Below, in pieces: positions 27,088-36,301 of a stretch of DNA of 64,000 nucleotides (positions within the stretch are counted from its first letter, which is position 1; the number at the start of each line of letters is the position of its first letter). The stretch is taken from the NCBI GenBank assembly GCA_035524335.1, contig DATKPE010000003.1, positions 2,902 to 66,901 on the forward strand, in the 5' to 3' direction. The position numbers were made by a program, and so were the translations under genes. A model generated the notes under the pieces. The model searched no databases. It was given only the letters and a program-made list of their open reading frames with translations, and was not told the origin of the DNA. The DNA comes from Bacteroidota bacterium. Its GTDB lineage: Bacteria > Bacteroidota > Ignavibacteria > UBA10030 > SZUA-254.

Positions 27088-30021
27088 CTATTTCCGGAAA
27101 CCGACCGTCAGTTCGTCTGCAAAAAGCCATGCCTTTCCGCCCGCGCCGCGATGCCATGACGGGCAGATCCCGACGTTTTTCGCGAAGACCCGGATGAAAC
27201 GGGCCCTCTTCCCGCCGGTTTCACCGCTGAACCGGAAGACAGAAGGCTGAACATCGGTCGCGGGGGTGTGGTTTACGATCCGGACCGGATCGCCGAACGT
27301 CCTGCCGTCGACGGAGAAAGTGAACTCGACATATTCCGGGTAGAATATCCACGAATCGACGTCCTGGAGACAGCCGAGGGAGACGGCATCGATGCTGTCG
27401 AGGGTGCCCAGATCGAGTACCGCGTCCAGATCGTTCATTTCATACCCCTGCCATGCGCCGAGGCGGAAATTGGGACCGCCCATTATTCCATCGATCAGCG
27501 CATTCTCCCCTCCGCCGGTGTACTGCTGGCTGTACCGGCTGTTCAGGAGGAGTGTGCCGATATTCCGGTGTTTTCTGAAATCGCCCGTTGTCACACCGCT
27601 TCTGCGTCCATCGGCGGCGATGGAGATGGCTTTCAGAACCGCCGTTTCGCGGAGTGTCAGTGGGTGAACAAAGACAGCGGATGATTCACCCGGCGTCGAT
27701 CCGTCGAGGGTGTAGCGGATGGTCATGGCGGGGACTGATGAAAGAATTCCGACCGTCAGCGAGTCGGTAAACGTCGCCGCACCGGTGGAAAAGTACGGCG
27801 CTGGAATGATCCGGCGGGAAAGAGTGGTGGGAAGGGCGTCTTCCGGCCCCCGCCCCCAGGACGAGGCGGACCCGTCGCCGAGGGTGTACTCCAGCGATCC
27901 TCCGCGGCGTATGAACCCGTGCTTAACGAACGCCCGGGAGTACGGTCTCCCGTTCATTTGCGCCGCCGTGATAGACGAGGCCGATGCGCTCCGCCCGCGG
28001 GAGATCAGCGTGAATGTCGATCCCGCATCTGTGTGCAGACGGACAGTGTCGAAGAGGGGTGCCGAACACCAGTAGCGCGGATCTCCCGGACAGGTCTCGT
28101 ACAGTCCGATGGAACTCATGACATACCATGCGGACATCTGACCGCAGTCGTCGTTGCCGCAGAGGCCGTCGGGTTGGGCGGAATAAAGAGAATCGCAGAT
28201 TCTGCGGACGACGACCGAGGTTTTCCATGGCTGGCCGGTCATATCGTAGAGAAACGCCATATGATGGCTCGGTTCATTCCCCTGGGCATACTGACCGACC
28301 AGCCCGGAGATATCATCCTGTTTTCGTCCGGTGAGTTCCGGACTGGAGAGGAAGAGGGAATCGAGGCGCGAGGCGAGCGCGGAGGGTCCGCCCAGAAGGC
28401 CGGCCAGTCCGGCGATATCGTGAGGAACGAACATCGAGGCCTGCCACGGATTCGCTTCGGTGTAGTGCACGGTCACGGATGTGGGATCGAACGGTTCGAC
28501 CCATGCGCCGTTGACTCTGGCTCGCATGAATCGTGTTCCCGGATCGAAGACATTGAGATAGGACGATGCCCGCGCGTAAAACTGCCCGCTGAGGTCCCTC
28601 CTGCCGAGCGAATCGGCGAACAGGGCTATGCACCAGTCGTCATAAGCGTATTCGAGCGTCTTCGAGACGGATTCCCCCTCCCGGTCGCCGGGAATATAGC
28701 CGTTTGTCCGGTAGTCGGTGAGGCTGAACTGGTCGGCCATGGCGCTGTGGACCATCGCGCGGAGAGCCAGCTGTGCATCAAAACCCCGGATGCCTTTCAT
28801 ATAGGCGTCGACGATGACGGGAACCGCATGATAGCCGATCATCGTCCAGGTTTCGTTCGAGGCGAGCTCCCAGACCGGCAGAAACCCGGATTCCTCATAC
28901 TTGGCCAGGAGGGAACGGACCATGTCGAGTGTCCGTGCGCTGTCCAGGATGGTGAGGAGCGGGTGCTCGGCGCGGAAGGTGTCCCAGAGGGAATAGACCG
29001 TATACATCGTGAAGCCGTGGGCGGTGTGAATCGCTCCATCCATGCCGCGGTAAGATCCGTCGACGTCGCTGAAAATGTTCGGGGCGAGAAGTGCGTGATA
29101 GAGGGCGGTGTAGAAGGTTGACCGACGGCCGCTCCGTTCACCCGAAACCTCGATTCTGGAAAGTTCGGATTCCCAGGCCGTCGCCGCCCGCGCGGCATAG
29201 CGTTCGAAATTCCCTCCCACCGCCTCCGCCGCCAGATTTTTTTCCGCCCCATTGACCCCCGTCGACGACAGGGCGACTTTTACCAGAACCGGTCCGGGTC
29301 GCTTCATCCGAAAGCGAAGCAGTGCCCGGAGATTTGTCCCCGACAGCGTATCGGTGAAACGGGCGGGGACGGAATCCCGCAGGAGAACGACGGAGGAAAA
29401 CGGACGCGAGAAGACGGCGGTGAAATAGATAATCTGATCCTTTGCCCAACCGTTGGACCGGCGCATTCCCGCGATCTCATGATCATTCACGACGTGAAGC
29501 CATGAGTCGATGACGCGGTCCGGTCCAAGTCCGTGATGCAGATCGATGGTGAGATATGCGCTGTCGGTCGCGGGGTAGGAATAACGGTGAATGCCGACCC
29601 TGGGAGTTGCGGTCAGCTCCGCCGTCAGCCGCTGGTCATAAAACCGAACGCGGTAATACCCGGGCGAAGCCGATTCATCCGCGTGGGAAAACTTCAGAGC
29701 TCCGGGCCGGGGCGCTCCGACCGACGGTGTGATGAGGATATCGCCGTAGTCCGCGACACCGGTTCCGCTCAGATGTGTGTGGCTGAAACCGAGAATGACC
29801 GAATCGGTGTAATGGTATCCGGCGCAGGCATCCCAGCCCTCGACGCGGGTGTCGGGACTGAGCTGGACCATACCGAACGGGAGCGTCGCTCCGGGGAAGG
29901 TATGGCCGTGGCCGGCTGTGCCGGTGAACGGATTGACAAACCGGAGATGGCTGTTCCGGCCTCCGCCGTATCCGGGAATAACAGCCAGAAAAAACGAGAT
30001 CAGCAGAATCAGGCGTCTCAT
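27088..30021 (-). CDS. GH92 alpha-mannosidase with C-terminal CHB_HEX_C-like plus F5/8-type-C (discoidin-like) tail
   Basis: Signal peptide. The GH92 N-terminal signature is FVNPFTGTAGHGHTFPGATLPFGMVQLSPDT. GNEPSHHMAFLY and GNDDCGQMSAWY blocks are present. The tail contains IRYTLDGSTPGESS ... ARFIRVFAKNVG...AWLFADEL. Confidence 0.9.
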   Translation of the reverse strand: MRRLILLISFFLAVIPGYGGGRNSHLRFVNPFTGTAGHGHTFPGATLPFGMVQLSPDTRVEGWDACAGYHYTDSVILGFSHTHLSGTGVADYGDILITPSVGAPRPGALKFSHADESASPGYYRVRFYDQRLTAELTATPRVGIHRYSYPATDSAYLTIDLHHGLGPDRVIDSWLHVVNDHEIAGMRRSNGWAKDQIIYFTAVFSRPFSSVVLLRDSVPARFTDTLSGTNLRALLRFRMKRPGPVLVKVALSSTGVNGAEKNLAAEAVGGNFERYAARAATAWESELSRIEVSGERSGRRSTFYTALYHALLAPNIFSDVDGSYRGMDGAIHTAHGFTMYTVYSLWDTFRAEHPLLTILDSARTLDMVRSLLAKYEESGFLPVWELASNETWTMIGYHAVPVIVDAYMKGIRGFDAQLALRAMVHSAMADQFSLTDYRTNGYIPGDREGESVSKTLEYAYDDWCIALFADSLGRRDLSGQFYARASSYLNVFDPGTRFMRARVNGAWVEPFDPTSVTVHYTEANPWQASMFVPHDIAGLAGLLGGPSALASRLDSLFLSSPELTGRKQDDISGLVGQYAQGNEPSHHMAFLYDMTGQPWKTSVVVRRICDSLYSAQPDGLCGNDDCGQMSAWYVMSSIGLYETCPGDPRYWCSAPLFDTVRLHTDAGSTFTLISRGRSASASSITAAQMNGRPYSRAFVKHGFIRRGGSLEYTLGDGSASSWGRGPEDALPTTLSRRIIPAPYFSTGAATFTDSLTVGILSSVPAMTIRYTLDGSTPGESSAVFVHPLTLRETAVLKAISIAADGRRSGVTTGDFRKHRNIGTLLLNSRYSQQYTGGGENALIDGIMGGPNFRLGAWQGYEMNDLDAVLDLGTLDSIDAVSLGCLQDVDSWIFYPEYVEFTFSVDGRTFGDPVRIVNHTPATDVQPSVFRFSGETGGKRARFIRVFAKNVGICPSWHRGAGGKAWLFADELTVGFRK

Positions 30022-30309
30022 GCGAACCGCTCCGGTTGTAAATGTGTCAACGTAAGAAAATTCCGCCTGATATGAAAGTGAAAAAAGGCCCGGTCCGGTG
30101 GTGCCTGCAGGTCAGGAATGGCGTCTCCGAGTAAACCGGCGGTGAGATGGGATATGCTCGATTGTCTGGTCCGGCGGAGAAATCAGTCTGTTTGATGAGA
30201 AAGTGGAAAGTTCCTTCATACATCGGTTTGGACGGGAGGGGGAACTCCCGGATGACTGAAATGACCAGCCTGTTGAAGCCTGTCGGATTTCACCCACCGG
30301 TGCCGGATA

Positions 30310-31374
30310 TCAGCAGATACGGGGCAGTTGTTCACCGGACATCATATCGACAATCCGGTCACCCCCGACGAGGGTTTTCATCGTCACCCTTCCCGGATGC
30401 GTTTCCGTAACGGTACCGATGATCGCGGAACCCTTTCCGGCCGGATTCTTCCGCATGGCGGAAAGGACAGCATCCGCATCCCCGGGGGAAACGAAAACGA
30501 GACATTTTCCCTCGTTGGCGACATAGAGAGGATCGAGACCGAGAAGCTCGCAGGCTGCCCGGACTTCCTCGGTGACGGGGATCGCATGTTCATCGAGGAG
30601 TATGCCGCGCTTTGCCTCCCGGGCGATTTCGTTCAACGCACTTGCCAGTCCCCCGCGCGTCGGATCACGGAGCATGCGGACATTCGGTGAAACGGAATAT
30701 ATATCCTCCACAAGCGTGTTCAGCGGTGCGCAGTCGCTCTCAACCTGAGAACTGAACCGCAGTCCCTCCCTGAACGACATGACAGCGACGCCGTGAAGAC
30801 CGATCGCCCCGTTTATGAGAACGGCATCACCCGGCCGTACCGCCGCCGGGCTGACCTTCCGGCCGCCCGGGACGAGCCCGATGCCGGCGGTGTTGATATA
30901 AATTTTATCCCCCTTGCCCCGTTCGACGACTTTCGTATCTCCGGTCACTATCGCGACCCCGGCCTGCAATGCCGCTTCATTCATCGAGCGGACGACCCTC
31001 GCCAGATCTTCCATCGGAAATCCCTCTTCGACGATAAAGCCTGCGGAAAGCCAGGCCGGCCGGGCCGCGCACATCGCCAGATCGTTCACCGTTCCGAACA
31101 CTGCGAGACGGCCGATATCCCCTCCGGGAAAGAATATGGGATTGATGACATACGAGTCGGTGGAGAATGCCAGCCGGACGCCCCCGGCGTCGACGAGCGC
31201 ACCGTCATGAAGTGGATCGAGGGCGGGATTTGAAAATACGGGGGCGATCAGCTCGCGGATGAGCTGATCGGTGAGCTTTCCCCCGCTCCCGTGCGCGAGC
31301 AGAATCTGCGGATACCGCTGAAGCGGCACCGGACAGACCGGCCCGGTAAATGGGTGACTGTTGTCGTTTCCCAT
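30310..31374 (-). CDS. hypE: [NiFe]-hydrogenase maturation protein HypE (carbamoyl dehydratase)
   Basis: Track ORF trimmed to ATG 31374 (MGNDNSHPFTGPVCPVP). PurM-like fold. The protein ends with the diagnostic C-terminal PRIC motif. Confidence 0.95.
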   Translation of the reverse strand: MGNDNSHPFTGPVCPVPLQRYPQILLAHGSGGKLTDQLIRELIAPVFSNPALDPLHDGALVDAGGVRLAFSTDSYVINPIFFPGGDIGRLAVFGTVNDLAMCAARPAWLSAGFIVEEGFPMEDLARVVRSMNEAALQAGVAIVTGDTKVVERGKGDKIYINTAGIGLVPGGRKVSPAAVRPGDAVLINGAIGLHGVAVMSFREGLRFSSQVESDCAPLNTLVEDIYSVSPNVRMLRDPTRGGLASALNEIAREAKRGILLDEHAIPVTEEVRAACELLGLDPLYVANEGKCLVFVSPGDADAVLSAMRKNPAGKGSAIIGTVTETHPGRVTMKTLVGGDRIVDMMSGEQLPRIC

Positions 31375-31391
31375 GATATCACTCCACGATG

Positions 31392-32486
31392 TTAACCCGA
31401 TGCGGAACCGCGATAATGAAAGTAGGCCGCGCACGCACCTTCCGACGACACCATCGGCGCGCCGAGCGGATGCTCCGGCGTACACGCTGTCCCGAAGGCG
31501 GGACATTGACCAGGTTTTTTCAGCCCCCGGAGAACCTCTCCGGCGATGCATGCCGACGATTCGGCCGGGGTGATCGCGCCAACATCGAAAATCCGTTCGG
31601 CGTCGTGGGCATGATATTCCGGACGGAGCTTCAGCCCGCTGTGCGGAATCAGGCCGATCCCCCGCCAGTGGCGGTCGGTCACCTCATACACCTCCGACAT
31701 TAATTTTTTTGCGGCCGCGTTCCCCTCGCGCCGGACAGCGCGCGCGTACTGGTTCTCGACATCGATCCGCCCCTCTTCGAGCTGATGGACCGCCATGGCG
31801 ATTCCCTGAAGAATGTCGACCGGCTCGAAACCGGTGACGACGAAGGGGATCCGGTACCGGTCAGCGAGGGGAAAGTACTCTTCGAAACCCGTCACAGTGC
31901 AGACATGGCCGGCGGCAAGAAATGCCTGAATTGCGTTCGAGGGTGCGTCCAGTATCGCTGATATTGCCGGAGGCACCAGAACGTGCGAACAGAGAACCGA
32001 AAAATTTTTGATTCCGCGAAGCGCCGCCTCCCTGACGGCGGCGGCATTGGCCGGTGCGGTGGTCTCGAAACCGACGGCAAAGAAGACGACATGACGCGCC
32101 CTGTTTTCTTCGGCAATTTTGAGCGCGTCGAGGGGCGAATAGACGATCCGGACGTCGCCCCCGGCGGCCCTGACAGACAATAAATCTGAAGCGGAACCGG
32201 GGACCCTGAGCATATCACCAAATGAGGTAAAGATGACGTCACGCCGGGAGGCGATCGCGATTGCCCGGTCGATCATCTCGAGTGGCGTCACGCAGACCGG
32301 GCACCCCGGTCCGTGGACGAGCGAGACCATGGAGGGAAGAAGGTCTTCCAGTCCGTAGCGGACGATCGTATGCGTCTGGCCGCCGCAGATTTCCATGATC
32401 ACCCATGGTCTGGTCACCCTCCGCCGGATGTCATCGAGACATTTCTCCGCCGTCTCCCGACTGCGATATTCATCAATATATTTCAT
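31392..32486 (-). CDS. hypD: [NiFe]-hydrogenase maturation protein HypD
   Basis: 364 aa. The N-terminus is [15 protein letters not shown] and [10 protein letters not shown] motifs are present. Confidence 0.95.
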   Translation of the reverse strand: MKYIDEYRSRETAEKCLDDIRRRVTRPWVIMEICGGQTHTIVRYGLEDLLPSMVSLVHGPGCPVCVTPLEMIDRAIAIASRRDVIFTSFGDMLRVPGSASDLLSVRAAGGDVRIVYSPLDALKIAEENRARHVVFFAVGFETTAPANAAAVREAALRGIKNFSVLCSHVLVPPAISAILDAPSNAIQAFLAAGHVCTVTGFEEYFPLADRYRIPFVVTGFEPVDILQGIAMAVHQLEEGRIDVENQYARAVRREGNAAAKKLMSEVYEVTDRHWRGIGLIPHSGLKLRPEYHAHDAERIFDVGAITPAESSACIAGEVLRGLKKPGQCPAFGTACTPEHPLGAPMVSSEGACAAYFHYRGSASG

Positions 32487-32501
32487 GAGATCACCGCGTG
32501 C

Positions 32502-32747
32502 TCATTCCGATGCTGGCATGCCGCTGTCACCCATCTCACGGAACAGATCGAGTGTCTTCCGTGCCTCGGCCTCATCCAAAACGCCTATGGCGAATCCGAC
32601 ATGGACAATCACATACTGCCCTGTCTCCGCCTCGGGAACCCATTCAAGACAGACCTCCTTCCGGATGCCGCCGAAGTCGATCTCCCCCATTCTCAGAGGA
32701 CCCGACGCGTCGATGGAAAGAATTTTACCGGGGATCGCGAGACACAT
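32502..32747 (-). CDS. hypC: [NiFe]-hydrogenase maturation chaperone HypC/HupF
   Basis: 81 aa, starting with the invariant MCLAIPG. Confidence 0.95.
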   Translation of the reverse strand: MCLAIPGKILSIDASGPLRMGEIDFGGIRKEVCLEWVPEAETGQYVIVHVGFAIGVLDEAEARKTLDLFREMGDSGMPASE

Positions 32748-32778
32748 TGTCAGATTCCTTTACTTTCGTGATGGCGAT

Positions 32779-35109
32779 TCAGATTGAACTCCGTACGGCC
32801 TGCGCTAATGTGTTCTCCGGAGTGAATCCGCTCCTTTGCATACGGACGGCCGCATACACCTGTCCCAGGGCGATCCCGCCGTCGTTCGGGGGGACGCGCT
32901 GGTGCCAATAGGGCTGGAATTTTTCCTCGCGAAGGCGGTGGACCGACTGCTCCAGCAGTCGCCTGTTCTGGAAACAGCCCCCCGTGAGAACCACCCGTTC
33001 CAGGCCGACGGCACGGGCGACGGCGACGATGCTGTCGGCCAGTGTCGCATGGAACCGTGCCGAAATCCTTCCCGTTGAAATTCCGGCCGAAAGATCCGCC
33101 AGAATCCCGTTTACCATTTCTCGCCAATCGACGATGAGCAGACCGTCTGCTCCGGGAGAGATCGGACATCGGTAGGGAACCTCTGCCGCCGGGTCCCCCG
33201 CAGAAAATTCGAGTTCCATCGCGGCCTGGCCTTCGTATTTCGTGAACTGGCGAAGGCCGGTCAGCGATGCGACGGCGTCGAACAGACGGCCCGCACTCGA
33301 ACACGGAATTGTATGTCTCTTCTCCTTCAGCAACACGGCAAAATTCCTCCGCTCCTCACCGGTGCAGGCGCGGACGGGGGCGAGATCTGTCCGCTCAAAA
33401 AGGCTGTCGCCGAGGAGTTCGGAAAGGACACCGAGGGCGCTCCGCCGGGGTTCCTTCGCCGCCTGGTCGCCTCCAAGAAGCGGAAAAGGACGGAGCGAAG
33501 CTATTCTCCGCCACGAATCATCCTCCACCGCAAAAAACTCTCCGCCCCAGACGGTGCCATCCGTGCCGTAGCCGGAGCCGTCCCAGGAAATGCCGAGGAG
33601 CCGGCCGTCAATCCGGTTGTCTGCCATGCAGGCGGCGACATGGGCATAGTGATGCTGAACCGTTTCGTGCTGAACAGGCATTTCGAGGGCGTACTTCGTC
33701 GAAAGGTAATCGGGGTGCCGGTCCATGACCACCGTCCCAGGGCTGAGCCGGTACATGCCGGCAAGGTCGGTGATCACGGCGGTGAAGGCATCGAACGCCT
33801 GATTCGATTCGAGATCTCCGATATGCTGGCTGAGGAACACATTTTCGCCCGCGGCGACGGCGACGGTATTTTTGAGATGCGCGCCGACGGCCAGAATGGT
33901 TTTCCCGGCCGGGACGTTCAAGCGGATGGGAAGAGGGGCGTAGCCGCGTGCACGGCGGAGAATATACTCCCTGCCGAGCACGATGCGGACGATCGAATCA
34001 TCCACGTGCCGCCGGATCGGTCTGTCGTGGAGCAGAAAATAATCCGCGATCCCGTTCAGGCGCCGGAGCGCCTCCCCGTTGTCGATGCAGATCGGTTCAT
34101 CCGACAGATTTCCGCTCGTCGCGACGACGGGTCGGCCGATTCCGCGGGTGATGAGATGATGCAGAGGATTGGACGGAAGCAGGACGCCAAGCGCGGGATT
34201 TCCGGGGGCAACATCCTCCGCGACAGCGAGCATGCCGGCATCCCACCGCCTCGTCAGAAGCACGATCGGAGATTCCGGTGAGAGGAGTATGCGCTCTTCG
34301 AGCGGCTGAACATCGCAGACCTCCCGTACCTGTCCGATGCCGGGGAACAGGACGGCGAACGGTTTTTCCTCGCGGTGCTTTCTGACGCGGAGCCGCTGGA
34401 CCGCCTCGCGGTTGCCCGCGTCCGCAAGGAGATGGAAACCGCCGACCCCCTTGACTGCGACGATTTTTCCGGCTCTCAGGAGATCACACACCGAAACGAT
34501 CGCATCCGCCGCGGCCGCGATCTGCTTCCCCGATCCGTCGGCCAGACTGATTTCCGGTCCGCAGTCGGGGCAGGCGATCGGTTCCGCGTGAAACCGCCGG
34601 TCCGCGGGGTCCTCGTACTCCTTCCGGCAGGCGTCACACATCGGAAAATGCCGCATCGTGGTCGATGCGCGATCATACGGAAGCCGTTCGATAATCGAGA
34701 ACCGGGGACCGCAGTTGGTGCAGTTGATGAACGGATAGCCGAACCGCCTGTCCGCGGGGTCGGTCATCTCCCTGAGGCAATCCGGACAAACGGCGATATC
34801 GGGCAGAATCAGCGCCTGCGGCTCATCATCCGCCTCGCTCGCCCGAATCTCGAATTTTGAATATCCGGCGGGATCGAGGGAAACGGCTTCACAGCTCTGG
34901 ATGGAGGCGAGCGCAGGCTTCTCTTTTCCGATACGGATCAGAAATTCCGTCAATGAATTTTCCTCCCCCTCCGCCTCGATATAAACGCCCCGGGACGAAT
35001 TGAGGACCCACCCGGTAAGACCGAGGGATGCGGCGAGCCGGTAGATGAACGGCCTGAAACCGACCCCCTGGACTGCACCCCGGATGACGATGTGGCTCCG
35101 CCGGATCAT
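32779..35109 (-). CDS. hypF: Carbamoyltransferase HypF
   Basis: 776 aa. Acylphosphatase domain (VIRGAVQGVGFRPFIYRLA), two CxxC-x18-CxxC zinc-finger pairs, a YrdC-like domain and a Kae1-like domain. Confidence 0.95.
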   Translation of the reverse strand: MIRRSHIVIRGAVQGVGFRPFIYRLAASLGLTGWVLNSSRGVYIEAEGEENSLTEFLIRIGKEKPALASIQSCEAVSLDPAGYSKFEIRASEADDEPQALILPDIAVCPDCLREMTDPADRRFGYPFINCTNCGPRFSIIERLPYDRASTTMRHFPMCDACRKEYEDPADRRFHAEPIACPDCGPEISLADGSGKQIAAAADAIVSVCDLLRAGKIVAVKGVGGFHLLADAGNREAVQRLRVRKHREEKPFAVLFPGIGQVREVCDVQPLEERILLSPESPIVLLTRRWDAGMLAVAEDVAPGNPALGVLLPSNPLHHLITRGIGRPVVATSGNLSDEPICIDNGEALRRLNGIADYFLLHDRPIRRHVDDSIVRIVLGREYILRRARGYAPLPIRLNVPAGKTILAVGAHLKNTVAVAAGENVFLSQHIGDLESNQAFDAFTAVITDLAGMYRLSPGTVVMDRHPDYLSTKYALEMPVQHETVQHHYAHVAACMADNRIDGRLLGISWDGSGYGTDGTVWGGEFFAVEDDSWRRIASLRPFPLLGGDQAAKEPRRSALGVLSELLGDSLFERTDLAPVRACTGEERRNFAVLLKEKRHTIPCSSAGRLFDAVASLTGLRQFTKYEGQAAMELEFSAGDPAAEVPYRCPISPGADGLLIVDWREMVNGILADLSAGISTGRISARFHATLADSIVAVARAVGLERVVLTGGCFQNRRLLEQSVHRLREEKFQPYWHQRVPPNDGGIALGQVYAAVRMQRSGFTPENTLAQAVRSSI

Positions 35110-35762
35110 ACCGTCCCGCGCATCTCCGCTTCCAGCCAGTTACACCAACCGTCGATGCCCTCTCCCGTCGTGCACGAGGTCCGGAAAATCCTCAGCGCAG
35201 GATTCACCGCGCGGGCATTTGATTCCAGCACCCGGATATCACACGGCAGATGAGGAAGGAGATCGATCTTGTTGATGATCAGAACGGCGGAGTTCAGAAA
35301 GACACCCGGATATTTCAGCGGTTTGTCATCCCCCTCCGTCGTGCTCGCGACGACAATTTTCAATTTCTCGCCGAGATCATAGTTCGCAGGACAGACCAGA
35401 TTGCCGACATTTTCAATGATCAGAAGATGTATCGCCTTCAGATCGAGCCTGTCGAGAGCGCTCTGCACAAGAGCGGCGTCGAGGTGACAGCCGCCGCGGG
35501 TGACGATCTGGACGGCGGGAACGTTGTACCGTGCAATCCGCTGTGCATCGAGATCGGTTTGGACGTCCCCTTCGATCACCGCGAGCGGAACACGCGGATG
35601 CAGTCGGGCGATCATCTGTTCAAGAAGGGATGTTTTTCCCGCCCCCGGCGAACTGAGAATGTTGATGCACGTGATGTCGTGCTCAGCGATCCGCGCCCTG
35701 TTGAGAGCGGCTAATTCATCGTTCTTTGCGAGTATGTTCCGTTCGATCGTAATGACACTCAT
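35106..35762 (-). CDS. hypB: Hydrogenase nickel-incorporation GTPase HypB
   Basis: 218 aa. P-loop SSPGAGKTSLLE and the ENVGNLVCP motif are present. No His-rich or CxxCGC N-terminal extension. ATGA overlaps on both sides. Confidence 0.95.
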   Translation of the reverse strand: MSVITIERNILAKNDELAALNRARIAEHDITCINILSSPGAGKTSLLEQMIARLHPRVPLAVIEGDVQTDLDAQRIARYNVPAVQIVTRGGCHLDAALVQSALDRLDLKAIHLLIIENVGNLVCPANYDLGEKLKIVVASTTEGDDKPLKYPGVFLNSAVLIINKIDLLPHLPCDIRVLESNARAVNPALRIFRTSCTTGEGIDGWCNWLEAEMRGTV

Positions 35763-36124
35763 GCACCCTCCGTGGTATCTGCTTCGGCCAGCTCACATTC
35801 CAGCACCTGAAGTTCCATGCCTGATGAGACCGTCATCCCGGGTGATCCGCAGTTCGGGCAGGCTGAAAATATTTCCTCCATCGGCGATTCTGCACCGCAC
35901 GCGGGGCATCGACCGGCAAGAGGTACGGACTCGATCACCAGCATCGAACCCTTGAGACGGGTTTCGCGTTTCATCACATCAAAACAGAATTCCAGCGACT
36001 CGGGCACAACGCCGGCGGCCGAACCGACCCTTATCCTGATCGACCGTACTGATTCAAGCCGGTCCTGCGGACATTGCTGATGTACTATGTCGAGGATATT
36101 CCCTGCTATCGACATCTCATGCAT
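35759..36124 (-). CDS. hypA: Hydrogenase nickel-insertion protein HypA
   Basis: Track ORF trimmed to ATG 36124 (the canonical MHEMSI start). The zinc site is CPACG...CPNCG. Confidence 0.9.
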   Translation of the reverse strand: MHEMSIAGNILDIVHQQCPQDRLESVRSIRIRVGSAAGVVPESLEFCFDVMKRETRLKGSMLVIESVPLAGRCPACGAESPMEEIFSACPNCGSPGMTVSSGMELQVLECELAEADTTEGA

Positions 36125-36301
36125 GGCGGATGAAAGGCTGTTTGAAAGGGATTCCGCAAATAGTGCGCCACGGATTGGCGGAAGGCATCCGCATTTTATC
36201 CCGCCCGGGAGGCAGAAGTGGGGTTTTCTCTCAATATCGCACAATCGGCACCGGCGGTCTCTCAGCGTTGAGAATTGCCTCCGGATCGGTCTGCGGTCTG
36301 G

